Of a stretch of DNA of 64,000 nucleotides, positions 8,487 through 17,838 are shown in pieces (position 1 is the first letter of the stretch; each line of letters begins with the position of its first letter). Below the pieces are notes generated by a model that made no database searches, had not been told where the DNA came from, and saw nothing but the letters and a program-made list of their open reading frames with translations. Source of the DNA: an uncultured Actinomycetes bacterium (GTDB lineage: Bacteria > Actinomycetota > UBA4738 > HRBIN12); contig OY969934.1 in NCBI GenBank assembly GCA_963704725.1, positions 2,976,001 to 3,040,000 on the forward strand, in the 5' to 3' direction. Made by a program: the position numbers and the translations under genes.

Positions 8487-9541
8487 GACGCGTGCTGGTC
8501 ACGGGCGGCGCCGGCTTCATCGGGTCCCACGTGGTCGACGAGCTCGTCGCCCACGGCGTCGAGGTCGTGGTGCTCGACGCCCTGCTCGACTCGGCGCACC
8601 GCGGAACGCCCGGGTACCTGCACCCGGATGCGGAGCTCGTGCGGGGCGACGTCCGCGATCTCGACACGGTGCATCGAGCGCTCACAGGGGTGGACGCCGT
8701 GAGCCACCAGGCGGCGATGGTGGGCCTCGGCGTGGACCTCGGCGATCTGACCCGATACGCGTCGCACAACGACCTCGGGACCGCGACGGTGCTCGAGGCG
8801 ATGCACCGCGTCGGGACCGTGGGGCGGCTGGTGCTGGCGAGCAGCATGGTGGTCTACGGCGAGGGACGGTACCGGTGCCCCGTGCACGGCGTGGTCCATC
8901 CCGGCCCTCGACCTCGCGAGCGGCTCTCCTCCGGCGCGTTCGAGCCCGAGTGTCCGGCGTGCGGCCGCGACCTCGTTCCCGAGGCGATCGAGGAGGACGC
9001 GCCGCTCGACCCGCGGAACGTGTACGCGGCGACCAAGGTGCACCAGGAGCACCTGTGCACGTCGTTCGCCCGCGAGACCGGGACGCCGGTGACGATGCTC
9101 CGCTACCACAACGTCTACGGACCGCGGATGCCGGCCCAGACGCCGTACGCGGGCGTCGCGAGCGTCTTCCGCACCGCTCTGGAGGATGGGCGGGCGCCCC
9201 GGGTCTTCGAGGACGGGCGGCAGCTGCGGGACTTCGTGCACGTGGAGGACGTGGCTCGGGCCAATGCGCTGGCGCTGCTCGGCGAGCCGGCTCCGCAGGG
9301 CGCGTTCAACGTCGCGAGCGGTGCGCCGAGAACGATCGGCGAGATGGCGTGGGCGTTGGCCGCTGCGAGAGGCCCGGACGCGCCGGCTCCGCTGGTCACC
9401 GGAGAGTACCGGCTCGGCGACGTTCGGCATGTCTTCGCCGCTGCGGGGCGCGCGCAGGGCGAGCTCGGCTTCCGAGCTCAGGTGACCTTCGAGGAGGGCG
9501 TTCGCTCGTTCGCGAACGCGCCGATGCGCTCGGCGGTCTGA
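8483..9541 (+). CDS. NAD-dependent epimerase/dehydratase with Cys-rich insert
   Basis: TGGAGFIG, YAATK, RYHNVYGP, RDFVHV; insert CPVH...CPAC. Confidence 0.92.
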   Translation: MRRVLVTGGAGFIGSHVVDELVAHGVEVVVLDALLDSAHRGTPGYLHPDAELVRGDVRDLDTVHRALTGVDAVSHQAAMVGLGVDLGDLTRYASHNDLGTATVLEAMHRVGTVGRLVLASSMVVYGEGRYRCPVHGVVHPGPRPRERLSSGAFEPECPACGRDLVPEAIEEDAPLDPRNVYAATKVHQEHLCTSFARETGTPVTMLRYHNVYGPRMPAQTPYAGVASVFRTALEDGRAPRVFEDGRQLRDFVHVEDVARANALALLGEPAPQGAFNVASGAPRTIGEMAWALAAARGPDAPAPLVTGEYRLGDVRHVFAAAGRAQGELGFRAQVTFEEGVRSFANAPMRSAV

Positions 9542-9580
9542 GCTCCGTGGGCGCCGCCTCCGAGACGAGGCGACCGTCCC

Positions 9581-10771
9581 TCAGTCGGGTAGGAGCGGCA
9601 CCGACAGGTCCTGTCGGCGACCGAGGAGCACGGCCCGGGTGATGGCCGACGATCCGAACTTGTCGCGCACGTCGTCGAGCGTGGAGTCGATCGCCTCGAC
9701 GCGCCGGCGATCGAACGGCAGCGCGAGCTGGATGGCGCGGTCGTCGGTCAGGTTGGTGAGGGTGAGTCCGATGAGCGTGATGCCCTGACGCCGGATCATC
9801 GGCATGGCCGCCGCGAGCAATCCCCTTGCCGTGGCGAGGATGACCTGGGTCTGCCCGGTCGCCTCCCACAGGGTGTGCGAGCGCGTGGCGCGAGTGAAGT
9901 CGTCGAACCGGAGCCGGAGCACGACGGTGCGACAGACCCGGTGCGCCGCCCGCAGGCGGCGGGCGAGGCGATCGACGAGCGCGACGAGGTCGGCGTCGAG
10001 CATCTCGGGAGATCGCGGCCTGCGGCCGAGGGCGCGCTGCGTCCCCATCGAACGGCGGCGCCGCCCCACCTGGACCGGCCGGGGATCGCGGTTGTGGGCG
10101 AGGGCGTGGATGTGGCGGCCGGCCGCCCGTCCCAGGATCTGGACCAGCCCGACCTCGCCGAGCTGCGCCACCTGCTCCACCGTCGTGATGGAGCGCTCGC
10201 GGAGCTTGGTCGCGGTGACCGGCCCGACGCCCCACAGCCGTTCGACGGGAAGGGGATGCAGGAACTCCAGCTCGCCGTCGATCGGCACCACGAGCAGACC
10301 GTCGGGCTTGGCGACGGCGCTCGCCACCTTCGCCAGGAACTTGGTCCTGGCCACCCCCACCGAGATGGGCAGGCCCACCTGCTCGAGCACGTCCCGGCGC
10401 AGTCGCACGGCGATCTCCGACGGCGTTCCCGAGATCATCCGCAGCCCGCCGACGTCGAGGAAGGCCTCGTCGATCGACAGCCCCTCTACGAACGGCGTGG
10501 TGTTCCGGAACACCTCGAACAGCGCCTTGCTCGCCGCGCTGTAGGCATCCATCCGCGGGTGGACGACGATCGCCTGCGGGCACAGCCGGCGGGCCAGCGC
10601 CCCACCCATCGGCGTCCGGATCCCGAACGCCTTGGCCTCGTAGCTCGCCGCGAGCACGACGCCGCCACCGACGATGACGGGCCGCCCGCGCAGGGCGGGG
10701 TCGTCCCGCTGCTCGACCGACGCATAGAAGGAGTCGACGTCGGCGTGCAGGATCGTCCCCTCCGTGGGCAC
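9581..10771 (-). CDS. dinB: DNA polymerase IV (Y-family)
   Basis: ILHADVDSFYASVEQ, SIDEAFLD, AKPDG, WGVG. Confidence 0.95.
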   Translation of the reverse strand: MPTEGTILHADVDSFYASVEQRDDPALRGRPVIVGGGVVLAASYEAKAFGIRTPMGGALARRLCPQAIVVHPRMDAYSAASKALFEVFRNTTPFVEGLSIDEAFLDVGGLRMISGTPSEIAVRLRRDVLEQVGLPISVGVARTKFLAKVASAVAKPDGLLVVPIDGELEFLHPLPVERLWGVGPVTATKLRERSITTVEQVAQLGEVGLVQILGRAAGRHIHALAHNRDPRPVQVGRRRRSMGTQRALGRRPRSPEMLDADLVALVDRLARRLRAAHRVCRTVVLRLRFDDFTRATRSHTLWEATGQTQVILATARGLLAAAMPMIRRQGITLIGLTLTNLTDDRAIQLALPFDRRRVEAIDSTLDDVRDKFGSSAITRAVLLGRRQDLSVPLLPD

Positions 10772-10784
10772 GAACGGATGTTCG
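10771..10784. promoter_or_regulatory. LexA (SOS) box
   Basis: CGAAC-ggat-GTTCG, perfect Gram-positive SOS box, overlapping the dinB GTG start. Confidence 0.85.
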
Positions 10785-10818
10785 CACCCGGCGCCGACGG
10801 GCTCCCGGGACCGAACGC

Positions 10819-11289
10819 TCAGCCGCGGGGAGCCGCGCTCGTCGCCACCCAGATCTGCTCGACGATCTCCTCGCTGAGCGCGAGGTCGGTCTCGCCGATG
10901 CGGACGACGGGCACCGGACGGCGCTGGACCATCGTCACGGAGCTCCCCGGCACCATGCCGAACGCGCTCAGCCGGGCGCTCCGGGCCGAGGGCATCCCGC
11001 GGAGCGAACGGATCTCGACCGCGACGCCCTTCGGGACGTGGGTGAGCGGCACCTCCTCCACCTGGCGGGCGGGCCGGCCCGCGGGGACGGCCGAGCGCAC
11101 CGATCGGCCGGCCAGCAGACGGCCGATCAGGCTCCGGGACTCGTCGACGACCTGGTAGCCGCAGTTCGGGCAGCAGATGAGCCCGCAGCGCGAGCCCAGC
11201 GGGCATTCGGCGTGACAGGCCATGCCGGTCGGCTCGAAGCGATGCCCGCACAGCGAGCAGCGGACGGTCCGGTCAACCGATCTGGACAT
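10819..11289 (-). CDS. feoA: FeoA with N-terminal 8-Cys domain
   Basis: C-terminal RLSAFGMVPGSSV...IGETDLALS FeoA pattern; GGAGG RBS; N-terminal Cys cluster. Confidence 0.85.
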   Translation of the reverse strand: MSRSVDRTVRCSLCGHRFEPTGMACHAECPLGSRCGLICCPNCGYQVVDESRSLIGRLLAGRSVRSAVPAGRPARQVEEVPLTHVPKGVAVEIRSLRGMPSARSARLSAFGMVPGSSVTMVQRRPVPVVRIGETDLALSEEIVEQIWVATSAAPRG

Positions 11290-13252
11290 GCAGCGCCTCC
11301 AGCGCGAGGTGCAGGAGCCCGCCGGCCAGGAGGGCGAAGGCGAACACGAACGCCAGCATCGCCGCCGCCGTCCGCGCGCCGTACTCGCGAACGATGACGA
11401 GCAGGCTCGCGATGCAGGGGACGAACAGCGTGATGACCACCAGCGCGACCAGGACCTGCGCGGGCGTGAGGGCGCCCGACAGGGCGAGGGCGAACAGCCC
11501 GGCCGCCCCGTAGTCGCGCCGAAGGAAGCCGATCAGCAGCACGCCCGTCGCGGCCGCGGGCAGGCCGAGCCAGCCGACCACGACCGGCGACAGGCTCCGC
11601 TCGAGCACGCCGAGCACGCCGGTCTCGTCGAGGACGAACAGGATCGCCGTCCCCAGCACGAAGACGGGGATGACCTCCTTCAGGTACCACTCGATGCGCG
11701 CGCCGGTCTTGAGCGCGATGTTCCGCGCCGAGGGCATCCGCATAGGAGGGAGCTCGAGGACGAAGTCCGAGGCCTGCCCGGGGATCACCTTGGCCGACAG
11801 GAACCCCACCCCGAGGAGCGAGCCGAGGACGACGGCCGCCCAGATGGCGACGCCGGCCGCGCCGGTGGACGTGATCATGCCGAGGATCACCCCGAGCTGG
11901 GCCGAGCAGGGCACGGACAGAGCCAGGAGGAGGGTCACCTGGATCCGCTCCTTGCGGGTCTCCAGGATGCGGGTCGTCATCGTCGCCATCGTCACGCAGC
12001 CGAGCCCGAGGACCATGGGAAGCACCGCCTTGCCGTTCAGCCCCATGCGGCGGAAGGTCCGGTCGAGCATCAGCGCCAGCCGTGGCAGGTATCCCGAGTC
12101 CTCCAGCACCCCGAAGGCGAGGAAGAACGTGGAGACGACGGGAAGGATGATGGCCAGGCCGTAGGTGAGGGCCATCGTCACGAGCCCGTACTGCCCCACG
12201 AGGAACCGGCGGGCCACGTCGAGGGGGATCAGGTCGGCCGCGACGTGCCTCGCCCACGGGTTGACGACGTGGCCGAACAGCCGGGTCTCGAGGAGGTCGA
12301 CCAGCGTCCCGGCGCCGAGCCGCCCGACGAGCAGGTACACGAGCCCGAGCACCAGGAACAGGACCGGCCACCCGGCGAGCCGGTGGGCGCCGATCCGGCC
12401 CACCGCCTCCCGCACCGACCCCCGAGCGTGCCCGCCCCGCACGACCCGCTCCAGGATCTCGTCGGCGACGGCGAGCCGCCGGCGGTTCATGGCGTACGCG
12501 AGCGGACCACCGACCAGGCGCTCCGCCTCCCGCCGCGCCCGCGCGACCTCGTCTATCGCCTCATCCGTGAGTTCCAGCCGGCCGATCAGCTCGTCGTCGC
12601 CGGCCAGCAGCATCAGCGCGAGCGAGCGAGCTCGAAGGCCGCTCGGCGGGAGGAGGCCCTCGACGCGCCGGACCGCGTCCTCGATCGGCCCATCGAAGGT
12701 CACGACGTGGGTGCCGGGGCGGGCGGCCGGCAGCTGCCGGACCAGCTCGGGCACGCCCGTTCGCCGCGGCGCCACCGTCGAGACGACGGGGATCCCCAGC
12801 ACGTCGGAGAGGCGTTCGCCGTCCACCGTGATGCCACGGTCCTCGGCCTCGTCCGCCATGTTCAGGACCAGGACCAGGGGCGCACCCGTGTCGGTCAGCT
12901 CGAGGCTGAGCAGGAGCGCCCGCCGGAGGTTCTTCGCGTCGGCCACCTGCACCACGGTCGCCGAGCCGTCGCCGAGCAGGATGTCGCGGGCGACCCGCTC
13001 GTCGTCGGAGAGCGGGACCACACTCCGGATCCCCGGGGTGTCGATGACGGGCCGGGCGTGCCCGTTGACGCCGAGGGTGCCGCGGGCGATCTCCACGGTC
13101 GTGCCCGGGTAGTTCGAGACGGCCACGTAGCGGCCCGTGAGCGCGGCGAACAGGGCCGACTTCCCCACGTTCGGATTGCCGACGAGCAGGATCGGACCCT
13201 GGCGGTCCGACGCCTCGTCCGGAGCCTCGAGATCGCGACCGTGGCAATTCAT
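11273..13252 (-). CDS. feoB: ferrous iron transporter FeoB
   Basis: GNPNVGKS, NYPGTT, DTPG, NMAD; LEDSGY, GLGC and VPC gate motifs, FVLELP. Confidence 0.95.
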   Translation of the reverse strand: MNCHGRDLEAPDEASDRQGPILLVGNPNVGKSALFAALTGRYVAVSNYPGTTVEIARGTLGVNGHARPVIDTPGIRSVVPLSDDERVARDILLGDGSATVVQVADAKNLRRALLLSLELTDTGAPLVLVLNMADEAEDRGITVDGERLSDVLGIPVVSTVAPRRTGVPELVRQLPAARPGTHVVTFDGPIEDAVRRVEGLLPPSGLRARSLALMLLAGDDELIGRLELTDEAIDEVARARREAERLVGGPLAYAMNRRRLAVADEILERVVRGGHARGSVREAVGRIGAHRLAGWPVLFLVLGLVYLLVGRLGAGTLVDLLETRLFGHVVNPWARHVAADLIPLDVARRFLVGQYGLVTMALTYGLAIILPVVSTFFLAFGVLEDSGYLPRLALMLDRTFRRMGLNGKAVLPMVLGLGCVTMATMTTRILETRKERIQVTLLLALSVPCSAQLGVILGMITSTGAAGVAIWAAVVLGSLLGVGFLSAKVIPGQASDFVLELPPMRMPSARNIALKTGARIEWYLKEVIPVFVLGTAILFVLDETGVLGVLERSLSPVVVGWLGLPAAATGVLLIGFLRRDYGAAGLFALALSGALTPAQVLVALVVITLFVPCIASLLVIVREYGARTAAAMLAFVFAFALLAGGLLHLALEALHVQIG

Positions 13253-13257
13253 ATCTT

Positions 13258-13287
13258 CCCGATCGGAATCCTGGATCTCCGATCGGG
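13258..13287. promoter_or_regulatory. inverted repeat abutting the feoB RBS
   Basis: CCCGATCGGA-N10-TCCGATCGGG, 5 nt from the ATG. Confidence 0.45.
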
Positions 13288-13472
13288 GCGTCCATACGGC
13301 CGGGCGACCCACCGCGGGAAGGTCGGACGGCTTCAGCACGAGCGCGGGGCGTGGTCGGCGACCGCCGAACGGCCCTGTACCCGCAGCCCCGGGGGGCCGA
13401 TAACGCTTCTAGCCCGAAGTGCCTGGATCGTTGCCCCGGGGACGTCGCGACGAAGCCCCAAGGAGGCCGATC

Positions 13473-15296
13473 GTGTATCCATGGGATCCGGAATCGCCCG
13501 GCTCGGAACCGGCCCCACCGCCGTCGCCATGGATGCCGCCCCCACCGAGCCCGGCGCCTGAGGACCCCGGCATCTCCCCGCCTCCGCTCCCACCGCTCGG
13601 ATCGAGGCCCGAGGGATCGCCGCTTGCGCCCTCGACCCGCCGGGCGCGCCGCTTCCTGGCGGTGGTGATCGCGACGCTGCTCGTGGTCGGGGGCGGTGGC
13701 GCCGCGACCGCGTTCCTCCTGGTCCGAGGGGCGAACGAGCAGCTCCTGCACCTCGTCCCCGCGTCGAGCGAGATCGTCGTGACGGCGTCCCTCGATCCGT
13801 CGGCCGGTCAGAAGGTGAACCTGATGACGCTCGTCCATCGATTCCCCGCGCTCGCGGACGACCAGCGTCTCGGACGGCAGGTCGACGAGGCGCTCGACGA
13901 GGCGCTCGACGGCTCCGGCCTCACCCACCAAGACGTGCGTCCGTGGCTCGGGTCGGAGGTGGCGGTCGTCGTGGACCTGTGGCCGGACAACGCTCCGACG
14001 GCATCCCTCTTCATCGCCACCACGGACGACGGCGCGGCAGCCACAGCCCTGGAGACGGGTCTCAGCTCGTGGGGCAGCGAGGAGACGAGCGAGTACCAGG
14101 GCGTGACCGTGCATACCTTCAGCCTCGGCTCCTCGTCCACGAGCTTCGCGATCGTCGACCACGTCGTGGTGCTCGGCGAGCAGACGACCGGTCTCACCCG
14201 GGTGATCGACGTGTCGCACGGCACGACGCCGGCCATCGCCGACGATCCGGCGTTCCTGGACACGATCTCGTCGTTGCCCGAGGGGAGGCTCGGGCTCGCG
14301 TACGTGAACGCCGCCGAGGTGGTCGAGCAGGCCCTGGCGGCGAGCGGCGTGCCCGCGGCGACCGGCGCCGTTCCCGGCCTCGACACGATCCTGGCGATCG
14401 AGGGGATCGGGATGGCGCTGTCCGCCCATCCCGACGGCCTGGCGCTCGACGTCGCGATGCGCCTCGACCCGTCGAAGCTCGACCCGGCCACTCGAGCGCA
14501 ACTGGATCAACCCGCCCACGAGAACGCGATGCTCCCGTTCGTCCCCGCGGACTCGTTCGTGGTGGCGACGCAGGAGGACGTGGACACGAACCTGAAGCAG
14601 GTCCTGGACCAGATGCTCGCCACGCCCGAGGGGGAGCAGGTCCGTCAACGACTGGGCGTGGACGACACGCTGGCCGCCCTCACCGGCGACGTCGCGTTCG
14701 TGGTCGGCCCGGGCTCGGGCGCGGTCCCCCTCGGCGGCGCGATCCTCATCGGCGTGAGCGACGAGCCGGCCGCCCAACACACCCTCGACGAGCTCGCCGG
14801 CCTGGTGCTGGCCGCCCAGCGGAGGTCGGAGTCGGCCGCGCTCTCCCAGAGCGGTTCCTCCGAGTCGCAGCTCCTGGTGCTGAGCGCTTCCCACCCTCGC
14901 TCGAAGATCGCGTGGAGGACCTCTACCTACCAGGGCACGACGATCCGATACCTGGACGATCCGAGCATCTCCAGCGCGGGGTTCCTCCCGGCCTACGCGG
15001 TGTTCGACGGCGCCGCGATCATCGGATCCGGCCCGGCCGAGATCCGGAAGGTGATCGACGCGAAGAGCGGGAACGAAGCGAACATCACCGCGGCGTCCAC
15101 CTACACGCAGGCCCTGGCCCGAGTTCCGGTGGGCGGGAGCACGCTCTACGTCGATGCGGCGGCGGTGATCTCGATGCTGACGCCGATGCTGCCACCCGAG
15201 GTCATCCCGAACCTCGAGCCCTTGCGGACCGTGGTCGAGGGAACCAGCAACTCGTCGTCGCTGATCACCTACCGCCTCTTCGTGGAGATCGGGTGA
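13473..15296 (+). CDS. DUF3352-like membrane-anchored protein
   Basis: AGGAGG RBS; Pro-rich N-terminus, single TM, DVRPWLGSEVAV and repeated YQGxT motifs. Confidence 0.75.
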   Translation: MYPWDPESPGSEPAPPPSPWMPPPPSPAPEDPGISPPPLPPLGSRPEGSPLAPSTRRARRFLAVVIATLLVVGGGGAATAFLLVRGANEQLLHLVPASSEIVVTASLDPSAGQKVNLMTLVHRFPALADDQRLGRQVDEALDEALDGSGLTHQDVRPWLGSEVAVVVDLWPDNAPTASLFIATTDDGAAATALETGLSSWGSEETSEYQGVTVHTFSLGSSSTSFAIVDHVVVLGEQTTGLTRVIDVSHGTTPAIADDPAFLDTISSLPEGRLGLAYVNAAEVVEQALAASGVPAATGAVPGLDTILAIEGIGMALSAHPDGLALDVAMRLDPSKLDPATRAQLDQPAHENAMLPFVPADSFVVATQEDVDTNLKQVLDQMLATPEGEQVRQRLGVDDTLAALTGDVAFVVGPGSGAVPLGGAILIGVSDEPAAQHTLDELAGLVLAAQRRSESAALSQSGSSESQLLVLSASHPRSKIAWRTSTYQGTTIRYLDDPSISSAGFLPAYAVFDGAAIIGSGPAEIRKVIDAKSGNEANITAASTYTQALARVPVGGSTLYVDAAAVISMLTPMLPPEVIPNLEPLRTVVEGTSNSSSLITYRLFVEIG

Positions 15297-15400
15297 CGGA
15301 CCGAAGCTTGCCACTCGTCATCGTCCTCGAGCGGCGTGTCGGGGCCGGATGAGCCGTCCCGTCCTGGCCGTAGCCTGAGTCCTGACGTAGGTTCGTCTCG

Positions 15401-15955
15401 ATGGCATTCGTGGCACACCCGGTGACGAGCGAGCGGTGGCCGGACCTGGTCGAGCTGTTCGATCGGCCGATCGTTCGAACTTGCTTCTGCATGTTCTACC
15501 GGAAGACGGGAACGGGCACCGGCGTCGGCCGGGAGAACCGGCGCGCGATGAAGGCCCTCGTGGATCGGGGCACCGTGCCCGGACTCATCGGGTACGAGGA
15601 TGGCGTTCCGGTCGCGTGGGTCTCGCTCGGGCGGCGCGAAGAGTACGCGAAGCTCCGCCGATCCCCGATCATGAAGCCGGTCGACGACCGTCCCGTGTGG
15701 TCCATCGTGTGCTTCTTCGTCGACCGGCGCGCCCGCAGCCGCGGACTTGCGGACCGGATGCTTCGTGCTGCCGTTGACTACGCCCGATCGTGCGGCGCCC
15801 GCCTCGTGGAGGCCTATCCCGTGGACAGGGCGGAGCGAAGCCACCCCGACGACCTGTTCTTCGGAGCCAAGTCCATGTTCGACCGCACCGGGTTCCGGGA
15901 GGTGGCCCGCCGGAAACCGTCGCGGCCGGTCGTGCGCAAGGCGCTTCGGCCCTGA
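15401..15955 (+). CDS. GNAT acetyltransferase
   Basis: CFCM, WSIVCFFV, RSRGLA, VEAYPVD; TAGGTT 7 nt upstream (leaderless). Confidence 0.88.
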   Translation: MAFVAHPVTSERWPDLVELFDRPIVRTCFCMFYRKTGTGTGVGRENRRAMKALVDRGTVPGLIGYEDGVPVAWVSLGRREEYAKLRRSPIMKPVDDRPVWSIVCFFVDRRARSRGLADRMLRAAVDYARSCGARLVEAYPVDRAERSHPDDLFFGAKSMFDRTGFREVARRKPSRPVVRKALRP

Positions 15956-16192
15956 GGTGAACGATCCGCTCGACGTCGACTGCCCACAACAGGCGCTGTC
16001 TCTCTGTGCGCGTGGTGTGTGTGGTTGGCCATCGAAGACCCGGGCGGTTCACGTTGGCGATCGTCGCCACGTAGAGCCACCTCCTCGCCAACCCTAGTCG
16101 CCGGTCTTGATGAGGTGCGTTGCGGAGCACCGCTCTTGGAGGGAGTCTGGATCGATCGGAGTCCGCGGTTCGGGAAGGAGAGGAGATACGAC

Positions 16193-16576
16193 ATGCGTGT
16201 GATGTTGCTGATCAAGGGGGACCCAGAACCGGGCGCGCGGCCCAGCGACGAACTCCTCGCCGCGATGGGCAGGTACAACGACGAACTCAAGCAGGCCGGA
16301 GTGCTCCTCGACCTTGCGGGGCTCCACCCAAGCGGCGAAGGGAAGCGGGTGAGGTTCTCTGCGGGGGATCGCACCGTCGTCGACGGACCTTTCGGCGAGA
16401 AGGACGCGGTCGCCGGCTACTGGATCCTCGACATGCAGTCGATGGACGAAGCCGTCGAATGGGCAACCCGTGTGCCCTTCGAGGCGCTTGCCCGGATCTA
16501 CCCAGGCGAGTACGGCGCTCAGGGCGAGGTCGAGGTACGTCAGGTGTTCGAGCTGGATGGGGTGGACACGCTGTGA
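16193..16576 (+). CDS. YciI family (DGPF) protein
   Basis: AGGAG RBS; GLHPS, VVDGPFGE, AGYWI, EVRQV. Confidence 0.88.
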   Translation: MRVMLLIKGDPEPGARPSDELLAAMGRYNDELKQAGVLLDLAGLHPSGEGKRVRFSAGDRTVVDGPFGEKDAVAGYWILDMQSMDEAVEWATRVPFEALARIYPGEYGAQGEVEVRQVFELDGVDTL

Positions 16577-16736
16577 TCGCCGAACCCCCGCCCACGATCG
16601 CCGAGTCCCCGAGAACCTCCGGCTCTCCCCCGTCACCGCGCTCGGCCTCCCCTGCTTCGAAGCGAACGCGACGGCCCACCGAGCCGATCGGCCGCGGAGG
16701 GGCCGGGCGTATACTCCGGCCGACAACTGCATCCCC

Positions 16737-17690
16737 ATGGCCCAGCAGTACTCGTTTCCGTCCCGCGGCGCGGGGCATGATTCGTCGCGCCGAACGGGCT
16801 TCGCCGTCTTCTGCACCGTTCTCGGTGCACTGATCGTGCTGTTGGTCGGCTATGCCCCGGCCCCGTGGCACCGTGTGTCGGCGGCGCCGTTGCCCCCATC
16901 GAGCCGGCTCGACCGAAGTGTCGAGGTCCCCCCCCGCTCGACAGCTCGCGAGGACGCGACGGGCCCCACCACCGGCGGCCCCGCGCAGCGGGACGCCGAC
17001 CGCGCCACGGGGGCTGGAGCGGCCAATGCCACGATCCGGGACCTCGTCGCCCAGGGGGAGCCAGTGCACTGCGGAGCCGGCACGAAGCCCCTCGTCGCTC
17101 TCACCTTCGACGACGGCCCGGGCCCGTACACGCAGGCCACGCTGGACCTTCTGCGGGCGAACGGCATGACGGCCACCTTCTTCACCGTCGGCAAGCTCTA
17201 CGAGGACCCGCGGTTCCGCGGGCTGCTTCGTGAGGAGGCCCGGGTCGGCGCCGTCGGCGACCACACCTGGGATCACGTGGCCGTCGCCGGCCTGTCCGCG
17301 GAGGGCCTCGCCTCGGAGATCGGCGACACCAGGACCGAGGCCGCCCGGCTGTCGGGCGGGCCCGTGTTCCTGTTCCGCCCTCCCCTCGGGCGGCACGACC
17401 CCGCCGTCGACGCGTACGTCCAGTCCCACGACATGCTCGACGTGCTGTGGGACCTCGACAGCGGGGATTCGCAGGGAGCGAACGCGGAGCAGATCTACGA
17501 GACGGTGGCCGCCGAGCTCGCACCCGGCGACATCGTGCTGTTCCACGAGAACCGGGGAACGACCCAGCTCGCGCTGCCCCGGATCCTGGAGCTGATCCGG
17601 GAGCAGGGGTACCGCACGGTCACCGTGCCACAGCTCCTGCGGTTGGACCCGCCGTCGCGGGCCCAGCTCGACGCACACACGTGCCGGTGA
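16737..17690 (+). CDS. polysaccharide deacetylase (CE4/NodB), membrane anchored
   Basis: LTFDDGP, HTWDH, FRPP, IVLFHE. Confidence 0.9.
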   Translation: MAQQYSFPSRGAGHDSSRRTGFAVFCTVLGALIVLLVGYAPAPWHRVSAAPLPPSSRLDRSVEVPPRSTAREDATGPTTGGPAQRDADRATGAGAANATIRDLVAQGEPVHCGAGTKPLVALTFDDGPGPYTQATLDLLRANGMTATFFTVGKLYEDPRFRGLLREEARVGAVGDHTWDHVAVAGLSAEGLASEIGDTRTEAARLSGGPVFLFRPPLGRHDPAVDAYVQSHDMLDVLWDLDSGDSQGANAEQIYETVAAELAPGDIVLFHENRGTTQLALPRILELIREQGYRTVTVPQLLRLDPPSRAQLDAHTCR

Positions 17691-17838
17691 GGCCTCGGCG
17701 GGGTGAGCCCGCCCTGGATCCCCGTTCGCGCCTCAGGGCTCGGGACGCCCCGGTGGCGCGGTGGGGGGGCTCATCAGCGCGTCGAGGCGTGACCGCCGGC
17801 CGCATCGCCGCCCAACGCTACTCCCCGACCCCTCTACC

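Noticed and set aside
15956-16190. Possible ncRNA in the GNAT-YciI gap
   Set aside because: Only a short hairpin (TGGCGA-TCG-TCGCCA) and no recognisable family features
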